Source of the DNA: the human T2T-CHM13v2.0 reference genome, Homo sapiens
Assembly: GCF_009914755.1 (NCBI RefSeq)
Contig: NC_060937.1
Strand: one strand, 5' to 3'
Length of the DNA: 64,000 bases
Shown: one piece after another, positions 43,800 through 57,530 of the stretch
Position numbering within the stretch: position 1 is the first letter of the stretch
Layout: the number at the start of each line of letters is the position of its first letter
Program-made: the position numbers and the translations under genes
The notes under the pieces: generated by a model
Told to the model about the DNA's origin: nothing
Databases searched by the model: none
The model's input: the letters and a program-made list of their open reading frames with translations, nothing else

Positions 43800-44695
43800 A
43801 GGTTGATTTAACAGTTGAAAACTAATGTGATTTTCTATGTTAACCACATAAAGGAGGAACAACCATATGCAACTGATGCAGAACTTCTAAAAATCAGAAG
43901 AGAAACCACTGCTAAAATGTATCACAAAATATTTAACTGCATGTTAAAGACACAGAGTGGTTTTTTCAATTGTTTGAATTTAAAAAATAAGTATGGTTTC
44001 ATTAAATAATCAATAATCCATGGACGATAGCATTGCTGTGAACGTGTAGCAGCTGAAATTCTCTTGTATTGCTGGTGGGAGTATAAGACAATATGGCCAC
44101 TTTGGAAAGCTGTTTGGCAGTTTCTAATACATTTTAATTTATGCCTATGTTCCAGCAATTCCACCTCTAAGAATGTGTCTATACAAATGATTGCATGATT
44201 TTACAAAAAGACTTGTGCAAGAATGTTAATAGCAGCTTTATTTAGAATAGACAAAAAATAGAAACAACACAAATGTCTACCAATGGGGAATTGGATGCAC
44301 AAAGTATGGTATACTTATATAATGGAATCCTACACAGCCAAAAGAGGAAGACAAACCATTGCTACACAGAACAATATGGATAGATTTCACAAACACAAGA
44401 CTGAAAGAGGCCAGACACCCCAAAGAGGACATGCTGCATTTTTCTCTTTAAATGAAATTCCAGTGTAGGCAAAACTATTATCATTGATGGTGGATTTCTT
44501 CAGAATAACGGGTTGTCCCTGGGGATACCTGCGGGGAAGGACCAGGAGGGAACTTCCTGGGATGATGGAGATTTCCTTTTATCTTGAGCTGAATGATAGT
44601 TACACAGGTGTATATACAGGTAAACATTAATTAGATGCATATTAAGATTCGTACATTTTACTAAGTATAAATTACACTGTACCCCAATTGAAAAA
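43800..44695 (+). mobile_element. Old L1ME/MC-type 3' end, sense
   Basis: gctggtgggagtataa…ccactttggaaagctgtttggcagtttct…ttacacaggtgtatat. Confidence 0.7.
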
Positions 44696-45604
44696 CAAAA
44701 GACTACTTTTCGACTACATGGAACTGCATAGTTGCAGGAAGTCAGAAGACCCTACCTGTGTGGGCCTCATTCTGGACCTTATTGTTTCTTTCTTCTAGTT
44801 GTCTGTTCTTGGATCAGTGCTCAAAGGTTTCAATTGCTGTAGCTTTCTAATAAATCTGATTTCTGGCCATGTAATACTTTGCTCTATTTTTAACTCACGG
44901 ATGAATTCAAGCATTAAAAAAAAAAAAAAAATACCCTGCCCTTCTACTCATCTTCCATGAATCAGTTGACACAAAGCATGTAGTCTGGCAGGGCAAACTT
45001 TGCTCCTGTGAAATTTCAGTTTTAAAATGAATTTAAATGAGTGAATATCTGTGATGTATCCTATACTCAGTGTTGTGTCTGTCCATTTACCTGGTGAGAA
45101 AGACTTGAGGACAACAATAAAAGAAAAGTAAACCAGACAAGAAGTACTCCAACAACAATAAATCCATGAATGTTCAGTACACTATCCATGTGGCTCTCCT
45201 CCCTTCATTCTCTCTTGCTGCTAGATGCCCTTTCTTTACTTCCGGGACCACCCACTCCCCTCGACAGTGCTTCTGTTTACCTTCCACTGTGATCACGAAG
45301 TTGGCTAAAGTCCTATCCCCAGCTATCTGCAGAATTCCACCCAAAAGAGGTCTAGAGATTACTCAGCACGGGAGGACATTTCTTTTCCAGGAATTCCAGT
45401 TGCATCTTGAATTGAAGTTCAATTGTGTCATTGATTGTGACACAAGGATCTAATGTAGAACAAAGGCATTAGCTCACATGAAAACTGCATAGAAGTTCTG
45501 ATTTAAATTTATGCCTATCACTGCTGCTGATGAAATAAAAAGAAAAATAAGAGTATTTTTAAGTATCAATTTGTATGATTTTACTTTTAGTGTCTGATTT
45601 ATGA

Positions 45605-46075
<471 letters not shown>

Positions 46076-47003
46076 TAACTAGTCTCTGTGTCCCAATTCC
46101 AAATTTCCAGCTGGAGAATCCATCACGCCCAACTGGGGTCAGATGTCCAGGTCCACTCAGTGGTATTCAGAGAATAAAGATGCTAGATATGCAGGAGGAC
46201 CCCTTTCTGAACAGCTAAAGGAGGTAATGTTCAGAAAAGGAGTGTGGACAGATATGTACAGTGGTTATTAGAGAATAAATGAGATAAATAAAACTTGAGA
46301 TGTGATTTCCGTTCCCAATTTGAAATGTATCCTTTGATATTTCACATGGTGATTGTATCTTATTCCTGAGGGTTTGGGAAATCTTGTGATCCTGTGGATT
46401 TTTCTCAAATCTCACATCAGACAAACACACAAAGGCTATATGAGCACTAAGACTCCCTGATTAATTAAAACCTGACAAGATAAGGATGTCATAGAATTAT
46501 CTAAGATAAAAGGAAATGCATGATGAAACTGCAGGGTGGGGTGTGACCTCAGTTCCATAATGACATTTTTCAGATAGGACTAAAAGACATGTTTGAATGG
46601 AAAGGAGAGTGAGAAACAACCAGTTTAACCTGCAAGTTCTATTTGAGATTTCTACCACAGAAGCTTTGCTTCTAAAGCCACATGCTCAATAATTCTCGCC
46701 TTTTTGAAAAGCTTTCTCAAAGAGTCTCTACTGCCTCCTTTAAGCTTTCGTCCTGTCCCCAAAATTGACTAAGCAATAATCATCCATAATATTTATATGG
46801 TACCTTATTTCTCACAATAATATCATACTTTCATCACAGTTTTACAAATGAGGGAACTGAGGCCCACCCAAAAACTCAAAGAGCATAGTAAGTGCCACAA
46901 ACAGCACTGTGATACAGTCCTTTTGATTCCCAGGTTAGCCTTAAGGAGTGGGCAGTGACATACTGAGATATTTCTCTCCCACTTGACTTACTTTTAAAAG
47001 ACT

Positions 47004-47006
47004 GTC

Positions 47007-47051
<45 letters not shown>

Positions 47052-47197
47052 GTGTGTGTGTATATACACATATATATAGTTATTACATATATGCATATGT
47101 ATACCATATATACTATATACACACATGTATATATAGTTATTACATATATACACATATATGTATTTATGTATATATAGTTATTACGTATGTATATATA
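47004..47197. repeat. (TC)n(TA)n(TG)n compound microsatellite with a repeated tatatagttattac motif
   Basis: Seen directly in the sequence. Confidence 0.9.
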
Positions 47198-47990
47198 GCC
47201 ATTACAAATAACATTTTACTCACATTTTAATAACTTCCACAGATATTGGCATGGTGTTCTTTATTTTTGTTTTTATTATCTCAAGATACAAACAAAATTC
47301 CAGATTAGTAGTTATGTCAGTTCTTTTTGTTTATTTGTAAAAGTGAGTCATTTTTTGAAACTGTTTATTTCTAAAATTTGGCATAAAAAAGAGCATTTTA
47401 AACTTACATAACATAAATTGTCAGAGCATTATATAGAGAGAAAATAAGAAGGGAAGCATGTATTTATATTGCATGCATCCTGGATTTACTACTTCTACAT
47501 CAAGAGCTAAGGAAATATGCCATCAAGTTTATGATGTTATAATACTGTCACTTTACATCTGTCCTGGAATATATAGAGTCAATGATTTATATGACTGGTT
47601 TCGGTAAGCAGACCATTCCTGATTCCCGCCAGACAATTTGTACCACAATTGGATATGTTAAAAGTTCTGTAGAACATGTAAGTTTGACAATAGCCTTTTG
47701 AATATTTTTTCCATCTTACAGAAACTTGGAAATTTCATCTTCAGCAAAAAATAATAATTATTACTATCAATCTAATGTTAGCTAATTTCTTCTTCTCAAT
47801 GAGAGATACATATTTTTAGGGACTCTTCTGTCAGTTTTTAAGATAATGGGGGAGACTGCTCCTGGAGTTACAGAGAGACGACCACTGAAAAATTTGTCCT
47901 TCATAAAGCACTGAGAACACTGGCACTATCAACTTTTTCAGGACTTTGGAGATTAATCAAAGGCTTCCAACAATCTAAGAAGCATTTATA

Positions 47991-48300
<310 letters not shown>

Positions 48301-49193
48301 AAGAAGGATTTATTCAGGAACAAATGGTTGAACTTCGGCAAGAGCAGTGTTTTGTGGTCCTTTGACTATTGTAGCCACATCCTCTCTTCCCCGGCTCTAT
48401 AATAGCCCTAAAACCCAGCAGCCTTGCAATCTTGGCAGCCACGAAAACCAGCAGCCTCGGAGCCACTGGTGGCTGCAGACTGGGTTTGGATCTCCTCCAA
48501 AAACACCATTCTTAGGAGAATTATCATTTGACATATCTGGCAACTTCCACTCACAAGATTTGTTTTTATATAAAGTGACTCAGAAAAAGCTCACTACAAA
48601 CCTTTTCCCTGGGGCATTTGTAGAAAACAACCAGCAGGAACCCTTTAGTATTGCAACAATTGGTACAAACAGGAAGCTGGCCAAAAACACTTAGAAGGAA
48701 AACCTGGAAAATGAGAGGTCCATAGAGTACTTCGAAAAACTGCAATGTGTTCCTCAGGAACTAGAAGGCTATGCACATGTTCAGAGCTGTGGGTATGCTC
48801 ATAAGATACCTGGGAAGACCCCAATTTCTCTCCTAGGACTGACCTTAAGGCTTTGCACAAATAGGAAGTGCAGACTAAGGAAAAGATGTAAACTGTCTCC
48901 AAGAGCACCACAGGAATGCCCCAGCATAGAAGCCCAGATCCTAAGCGAAGGCTGAGAGGTTTATTGTTTCAAGCCATTTAAGGAAATATGTTTACTCATT
49001 GACTACTACGATAAATGAGCAGAGATTTCAGTGGCTACACATGATACGTAATATAGACATTGCAGATTTAGTTACGAAAAATAATGAAACAAACAACCAA
49101 ACAACAATTACAAGCAGAAACAGCAATCTACCCAGGAGCGGAGAGGGAATCGGATTTTCAAAGTCTCCACATTTTATTATTCATCATGTTTAG

Positions 49194-49566
49194 TGCTATG
49201 TTTGGAATGTTTGTCACCCCCCTGCAAACTCATGTTAAAATTTAATTGCCATTGTAATAGTAATAAGAGGTGATTAGGCCATGAGGACTCTGCCCTCATG
49301 AGTGGTTTAATGCTGTTATCACTGGAGTAGGTTTGTTATCGTGGGAGTGGCCCCCTTTTAAAAGGATAAGTTTGGTCCCTTTTGCCCTCCCCTTCTTCCT
49401 ACCTTACACCATTGGATGACCCAGCAAGAAAGTTCTCACAATATGCTGGCCCCTTGATTTTGGACTTCTCAGGATATAGAACAGTTAGAAAATAAACTAC
49501 CATTTTTAAAAATAAATTAACCAGTCTGTGCATTCTGTTATAGCAGCACAAACCAAACTAAAAAAC
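49194..49566 (+). mobile_element. MST-family MaLR solo LTR
   Basis: tgctatgtttggaatgtttgtc…ggtgattaggccatgaggactctgccctcatg…ttctgttatagcagcacaaaccaaactaa. Confidence 0.8.
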
Positions 49567-51717
49567 ATAGTTGTCAACAAAAAATTATGAGATATTCAAA
49601 TAAACAAGAAAGTGTGTTCCACAGAGAGAGAAAAAAGTAGTCAACAGAATCTGTGTCTGAGAGAGCCCAGATATTAGATTTACTAGAGAGGGATTTTGAA
49701 TAAACGATCATAAAAATGTTCAAATAACTAAAGAAAATTATGTCTAAATCGCTAAAGGAAAGTATGAAAGTGGTATCTCCCCACATAGAGAAGAACAATT
49801 ATAAAAAAAAACAAATAGAAATTCTGAAGTTGAAAAGCACAGTAACTAAAATTAAATATACATTAGCAGAAATAAAGTGTATTTAAGCTGGCAAAACAAG
49901 CAGTGAATTTAAAGATAGATCAATTAAGATGATCCAGTCTGAGGTAGAGAAGAAAAAAAAATGAAGAAAAATGAGCACAGCCTAAGGGGCCTGTAGAGCA
50001 CCACCAAGTGTACCAATGTACATAATGGAGTCACAGATGAGAGGAGAAAGACAAGGCAGAAAGAATATTGGAGGTACTAATTGGTGAAAACTTGCTGAAT
50101 TTGGTGGAAAATATTAATCTACACATCTAAGAAGCTTCTCAAATTCCAGGTCAGATAAACTGAAACAGATCCATACCTAGACACAACATAAACTGTGAAA
50201 AGCCAAAGGCAAAAATTATCTTGAAAGCATAAATACAGAAGTTATGCTTCATGTACAAGGGTTCCTCCAGAAGATTAACAGCTGACTTCTAATCAGAAAC
50301 CATGGAAGCCAAAATGCAGAAAATGACAAATTCAAAGTGCTAAAAAGGAAGACTGCCAGCCAAGAATTCTATATCCATGAAAATGACTTTTCAAAAATGG
50401 AGGAATATTAGGACATTCATTGCAAACAAAAACTAAGAGAATTTTTTACTAACAGGTCTGCCCTTCATGAAATAGCAAAGGGAACCTTTCAGGCTGAAAT
50501 GAAAGACATTAGACTTGAATTTGCATAAAAGATAAACAGCACTTGGAAGTTAAACACATAAGTAAATATAAAAAAACAGTATTGCCTATTTTTGTTACTC
50601 TAATTTTTAATTATATTTAAAACATAATTACAGAAATAAATGAATATAAGTCTGTTATAAATGAGCACACAATGCATAAAGATGTAATTTGTTTAAACAT
50701 AATGACCCAAAGTTAGAAGGGTAGTAGTGGTAGAGGGGACAGCTGACTATATAACAGCAAAGTTTTTGTACACTCTTGAAATTTAGTTGACATTAATTTG
50801 AACTAAATTATTATAAATTAATATATTAATTGTAATCCCTAGGGAAATTATGAGAAAATAAATAATATATGAAAATAAATGCTTGAGAATCAAAATGACA
50901 TGTAAATTAGTACCTGTTTACACAAAAGAAGGCAGCAATGGGGGCATAGAAGAATGAAACAGGTATAATACACATAACAAACAAAAGCAAAATGGTAGGC
51001 ATAAATCCTACTTTATCAGTAATTGCATTAATATAAATGGATTTAATACTCAAAAGGCAGAGATTAGCAGAATGATTAAAAAGTCATCCAGCTATATTTT
51101 GCCTGTAAGAGACATCTATTGGATTCAAAGACACAAATTTGTTGAAAGTCAAACGTGGGAAATCATATACCATTCAAAAAGTAACCCAAAAAGAGCTAGA
51201 ATACATATGTAAATATCAGGTAACTCAACTTTAATGTAAAAATTGTTATTAAAGAAAAAATAAGGACATTATATAGTGATAAAGGAATTATTCCATCATG
51301 AAGTCATACAAATTGTAAATATATATGTGCCTAACAACAGGGTTCCAAAATACATGAAGCAAAACTGAGAGAATTAAAAGGAAAAATAGAGCATTCATAG
51401 ATATTTGAATATTTCAGTACCTTTCACAGCAATGGATGGAGCTAGACAAAAGTTCAACAGGAAAAAGAAGACTTGAACAACCATATACAGCAGAAATTTA
51501 TCAAACATACTCTTCCACAACAGCAGAACACTCCTTCTTCTGAAGGGTGCATGAAACATTCTCCAGGACAGACCACATGCAAAGCCATAAAACAAGTGCC
51601 AATAAATTTTAAAAGAATTAAAATATTACAAAGTATGTTCTCTCACCATAATGGAATGAAAATAAAAATACTTACTAGATGGAATGTTATAAAATTCACA
51701 AATACACAAAAATTATC

Positions 51718-52131
51718 TATTATGGGCTAAATTTTGTCCTTCCCTGTCCCCTCCCCTCAATTCATATGTTATACCCTTAGCCCCCAGTAAATCAGAATGT
51801 GACTGTATTTGGGAACAGGGCATTTAAGGAGGCCAATAAGTTAAAAAGAGGTCATTAAGGTGGGCTCAAATCTAATATGACTGGTGTTTTAAGAAGAACA
51901 AGTTTGGACACGCACAGTGTGTGCCATCAGAGAGTCACATGTGAGGACACAGTGATGACACAGTGAGAAGGCAGCCATCCACAAGCCAAGAAGAGAGGCC
52001 TCAGAGGAAATCAAACTGCCAACACCTTGATCTTGGACTTCTAGTTTCCAGAACTATGAGAAAATAAATTTCCATTGTGTAAACTAGCCATCCGAGGTAT
52101 CTTGTTATGATAGCCCTAGCAAACTACTACA
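51718..52131 (+). mobile_element. MLT1B/C-like solo LTR
   Basis: tattatgggctaaattttgtcc…cagaatgtgactgtatttggg…ctagcaaactactaca; TSD TTATC/TTAAC. Confidence 0.8.
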
Positions 52132-52309
52132 TTAACCAGAATACTCCTAAATAACCAATGTATCAAAAAATGAATCACAATAGATATTATAAAATAATGC
52201 TAGATAAATGAAATGAAAATACTACATACTAAAAGATGTAAGGTATAACTAAAGCAGTTCTTAAAGAGAATTTTATAGCTATAAACACTCATCTTTCTTT
52301 AAGAATTTC

Positions 52310-52450
52310 GTTTTTGCTGGGAATGATGGTTTCCATGATGAGTTAATGGGTGCAGCACACCAACATGGCACATGTATACCTATGTAACAAACCTGCATGT
52401 TGTGCACATGTACCCAAGAACTTAAAATATAATAAAAATATATTTTAAAA
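52310..52450 (+). mobile_element. Very short L1PA 3' end with a ~25-bp 5' inversion
   Basis: ttttgctgggaatgatggtttcca is the reverse complement of L1 tggaaaccatcattc(t)cagcaaa. It is followed by sense tgatgagttaatgggtgcagcacaccaacatggc… and an A-rich tail. TSD AAGAATTTC at 52301-09 and 52451-59. Confidence 0.85.
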
Positions 52451-52459
52451 AAGAATTTC

Positions 52460-52640
52460 ATTTTTAAGAAAATCTTTAGATTCACAGCAAAATTAAGGGG
52501 AAGATACAGAGATTTTCCATATAGCCCCTGCTCTGACACATGGGTAGCCTCCCCTGTTATTAATCTCCCCCACCTGAATGGTACACGTTTTACAATTGAT
52601 AAACCTACATTGACACAACCTAATCACCCAAAGTCCATAG
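52460..52640 (-). mobile_element. L1MC-type 3' terminal fragment, antisense
   Basis: ctttagattcacagcaaaattaaggggaagatacagagattttccatat…atcacccaaagtccatag. Confidence 0.75.
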
Positions 52641-52947
52641 TAATAAATGCCTATATTTAAATACATAAAAGTATCTTAAATTAACCTAACTTTTTATATT
52701 CAAAAATGAAAAAAAGTAGTGAACAATATCCAATGCCAATAAAAGGAATGTTACAATAAAGGTTTGAGTAGAAATAAAAGAAATATAGAGGAAAACAATA
52801 GAGAAATCAATAAAACCAAAACTTGGCTCTTTGAAAATATCAACACAATGAAAAACCTTAGCTAAACTGACAAAAAAAAAAACAAAAAAAAACCTGACCA
52901 AACCAAACCAAAACAAAAATTACTAAAATCAGGAATGAAAGAAGATA

Positions 52948-53633
52948 CAATAGTGCCCCCTTACCCATGATTTTGATTTCCATGGTTTTAGGTACCTATG
53001 ATCAATCCTGATCCAAAAATAAAAAATAGAAAATTCCAGAAATAAATAATTCCAGAAAGTTTAAATTGCACAACATTCTGAATAGCATAGTGAAACCCTG
53101 TGCCATCTCACTCCATTCCATCTGGGACATGAATCAACTCTTTGTCCAGCATATACACTGTGTACACTACCTACATGTTAATCATCAACATCGTCTGCTC
53201 TTGTTATCTAACCATTGACATCATCATGGCTCAGTGATCCGGGATCACCTGGAACACAGGAGCCTTTTCTGACCTATCATCAGAAGGTCAGTTGTAGCCT
53301 AATGCAACATCGCGGTGTCTATGTCATCTTGTCACACAGGCATTTTATTATCTCTCATCATCACAAGAAGAATAAGAGTGAGCAAAATACAGTAAGATAT
53401 TTTGAAGAGAGAAGGAGACCACATTCATATAACTTTTATTACAGTATATTGTTATAATTGTTCTATTGTATTATTGTCATTAATCTTTTGCTGTGCCTAA
53501 TTTATGAATTAAATTTTATAAGTGTGTGTGTATAGGAAAATCATAGCATATATACAATTTTGTTCTATCTGCAGTTTCAAGCATACACTGGAGATCTTGG
53601 ACTGTATCCCCCAGAGAAAAGGGAAGTATACTG
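52948..53633. mobile_element. MER44 (Tigger7-derived TcMar) DNA transposon
   Basis: Degenerate terminal inverted repeats caatagtgccccctt…aagggaagtatactg with TA TSDs (52946-47, 53634-35). Internal gaaaattccagaaataaataatt is typical of MER44. Confidence 0.8.
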
Positions 53634-55202
53634 TATATTAGAATCAAACTTAAAATGGGTTAAAAGGTAATACTAGTAAAATTATATGCCAAAAAGTTAG
53701 ATAAACCACATGAAACGAAAAAATTCCTAGAAAGACACAAATCATGATAGGCTTATATCGAATAGATTTAATTAATAAAATCTTTCCACAAAGGAAAACC
53801 CAGGCACACATGGCTTCATGGAGGATTTCTTCCAAATGCTTAAAGAAGAATTAATACTAGTTTTCATAAATGCTTTTAAAAATATGAACAGGAAGGAATA
53901 CAGCCTAACACACTTTATATGACCAATCAAATAATAATAATATCAGTAACTACAGGCATACTGAAATATAAGATCAAGAGAAACCATAGTAAATTGAAAC
54001 TGACTCATAGCTGATGCACATGATATAGTTATCAGATTTGATTTCGTAATAACTCCAACCAACATGTACAAGAAATAATGATAAAACCTTCTACCAGGTA
54101 ATTAAAATCTATATGAAAGTATCAAATGGAAAGTGTAGGACTAAAAAATAATGTGACAAATTAAAATTGAATTGATGGGCTGAACAGTTGATTGTACGTG
54201 GCTGAAAAGGATTTCATATTGTGGCAGGGCAGTAGAAAATATCCAAGGTAATATATTGAGAGAAAGCAAAGAAAGGCCTAAGAGATATAAGGAACATGAT
54301 GATAATGCTGAACATATATCTCAGTGTGATCCTTGAGGAGGAGAAGGAATGAAATGGGTTACAAGTAACATTTGAAGGGAAAAATGGTAATTCGGTTTTC
54401 AGAACAAATTCAAGATATTTAGCCAGTGATTCAAGAAGCACTGCAAATCCTTCTAATATGTAATTGTGATCCCTTTTGTCCTCCGTCTTCTCCAGTACCA
54501 GTGCCAACTAGATTATACACTCTATGAAGGTAAGATTGTTTTCTATTTCTTCTCTGTACATCTGCACCTCTTGGGATAGTGCTAACTATTAGTACATAAA
54601 GGATGCTCACTAAAAATTTGTTTCATTTGTCATAACTGCACACTGGATTGGGATTGGAGAATCTGGGTCAACCTGGCCACGAAGACCTTGGACTTGGCTT
54701 ACAGTCTTCAGGATTTAGTCAGGTCCAGTTTTGATCAAGTTGAGTGGGAAAAAAGAAGTCTGAAAGCCATGGCCAAAGTGACATGAAATGAATTTTAACT
54801 GGTTGAAGACTGTGAGGTCTCTGGGGCTAAGGTGGGTCTCGGCTAGTGCTTGATTCCGGGGTGCTTCAAGCTAATTGGCCCAAATTCCCTTGCCAAGGCT
54901 GGAACCTAATGCAGCCTTGACTTCATGCCCAGCCCTCATGGGTCTCCTTGTCCAGGAGGGTGGCTGGTAACAGTCTTGAGCATCCTGTGAGTGCATGTGG
55001 ATCTGAATCAAATCAGAAGCAATCACATAAGGTGTGATTGAGCAGCTCACTTGAATAAAGACTTCAGGCAGAGCCCACCAAAGCTCCAACAACCTGGCTA
55101 GACCCTCTTATCATGACCCTGTTGTTTCCAGGCTGGACGGAAACAAGCTAAACAGTCCTTGGATGCTGATTCCCATGGCTGTCTATGCTTCTCAGTATTA
55201 TA

Positions 55203-55300
55203 GGAACATAGGGATCAATGGAATATAGGGATCAATGGAACATAGGGATCAATGACATAGGGATCAATCAATGACGTCAAGGAACATAGGGATCAATGGA
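55203..55300. repeat. 17-bp minisatellite (GGAACATAGGGATCAAT), about 5 copies
   Basis: Units at 55203, 55220, 55237, 55254 (shortened) and 55281. Confidence 0.95.
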
Positions 55301-57359
55301 CACATCTTTGACTGCCTGAATTTAATAACCTGGTGACAGAACAATTTGTATCTTTACGAAGTTTGGGTAAGGATCTTAAGCATAGTGAGGGTCGAGGGTC
55401 ATTGCCCAGACTCAGTCTTTGATTGCAGGCCTCCCCATCCACTGCAGCATGAGCACCTCCTGTGAGCTCACCCTGATTATTCCGGATCCATGTAAGGGAG
55501 GTCTAGCTTAATATGCATGTATTGAGAATACTGTGTGTCCTGAGGGATCCTGTGGGACATGTGGTACTAGGGGCCAAAGTCTCAATGGCAAATTAATGGG
55601 AAAGGATCTTCTATCAAGTCTTTGCCACTTACTAATTCTGTCTCTTCCAAATGAGGCGTTCAGAGGTAATTTCCTGAGATTGTAAAATCTTAGCAGTTTT
55701 TCTCAGAATGTCTTAAAGGGACCATCTGCACCAGAATCTCCTGCAGTGTGTGTGCATGTGTTTTTTTAAACACACAATTTTAGATCCCACAACAAAGCTC
55801 CTAAATCAAAGGATTGAAGAGATGGGACTAGGGCCTGATTCTAATGGGGGCAGAAATAGCTCCCAAAGGTGCAAAAATGGGATTTTGGAGGACAAAAACT
55901 CAGCTAAAGCAATGGTTGTGTGACCCTCCATCCGGTCACATTCCGTAATCAGATATCCCAGCCTGTGTGTATTATTACAATTTCACAGAGGGTGAGGGGG
56001 TGATAATAAAAAACAGATTGAGAAGCCCGGAACTAGCAACATTCATCTTAATAAAATCCTCAAGTTATTCTTATACATCCTAAAGTTTGAGCTCTACTTA
56101 GGAAAGGAAATCTGTATTTCAGCAGCATTGCTGTGCAAATAGACATTTCTGTGGTGTTGATAACATAATTTCTATATTCCTGCTTCTTGCTTCTCTTCTT
56201 GATTGACATGTTAATGAGATAAGATACAATTTTCAAAGGCTTTCTCAAAGGACTATCAACTGTATGGAAATTCTCAGGCATACTTTTTTAGAAGTCTTCA
56301 CATTGATGTTTTCATTATCATTTCAGGAGGAAAAAAATGACACTGGCTTGATACTTTGTTGTTATTCATTGTAACTTCTTTATTTAGAAATAAAATCAAA
56401 CTTACAGAAAACTTTCCCAGGTAACACAAGAACTCCCATATCCCCTCTAACCAGGTTTACCAATTGCTAACTTCTTATCACCTGTGATTGTCCTTCCCTC
56501 TGTCTGGAAACTGTCTTCTGCAGGGCTTATAACAGGAACAGAATTGAGAACGCAGGTATGCTTAGTTTTATCTTCCTTTCCTCTGTTGATGTTAAATGTA
56601 ACACCTTTGTGAATTCAAGAGCCACTGTGGTGAAGATTGTGTGAGAGGAGGTATAGATTGCTATGCAGTCACATGTCCACACTAGCTAATGGGGTCTCCA
56701 AAGACCTTACAGATAAATGGTGGCAATACAGTATCTAGAAACACAAAATAAATGCTGACAACCAGGTGGACTATTGTGATTGGTTATTGTTGGTGATGGT
56801 GGGAAGCAGCTGTGTAGTCTATTAAAGCTACTTAGCAAATTTTATGATATATTTTAGTCCATTTTTTACCCTAATAGCTGAAAATTTGGAGAATGAATGT
56901 TTCTTTTTAAATATCAAATCATGCCCCCCCACCCCCTCCCACAGGCATCTCGATGGAGTTCTGCTGCAGCTTGATGATGAAGCCACAAATATACAATAAA
57001 TGCTGAATCCCTTCCAAGCGGCAACACTATAAAAGGAAGCCTGCGCTTCGTTATTCTATTTGGTCCCCAGATGGCTGTTTTCCTTAGGCTGTTTCCTTGC
57101 CGATTTTGTCATAACAGAAAGATTCAGAGTGGTGCTGCCGTTTCACTTGACTGGCCGCTCCAATCATGTTATTACAAAGTTGCTATGAACCCGTACCTTT
57201 TTGGATAAAGTATTTTAACAGAAATTTGGGTAATTTCCCACACAATTAGTAATTCTGAGGCCAATAAAATGGATCTTGATCCTGGCTGTGATTTTGAAGT
57301 TTTACTCTCTGATGCCGTTTGGGGTTAAGGGCAATGTTCTTTATGAGTTTCATGATTGC

Positions 57360-57530
57360 CCACTGTAGTGATCTGGAGCTCTCCCTTGCCAGCTTCTGAA
57401 AGCTGACTGGTAAAATTCCAGGAATTTTGTGAGTTGGTTGTGAAACAGTTAAATACTACCTATATTAATAATTAAATGACACGAACTTACAATGCAGTAG
57501 ATTGTATTTAAAGCAAAGGTAATAAAGATT
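57360..57530. mobile_element. MER63-like hAT fragment
   Basis: aaaattccaggaattttgtgagttggttg…aaagcaaaggtaataaa. Confidence 0.45.

Noticed and set aside
55203-55300. CRISPR-like repeat array
   Set aside because: The units are directly adjacent without unique spacers, the context is eukaryotic and there are no cas genes. It is a minisatellite.
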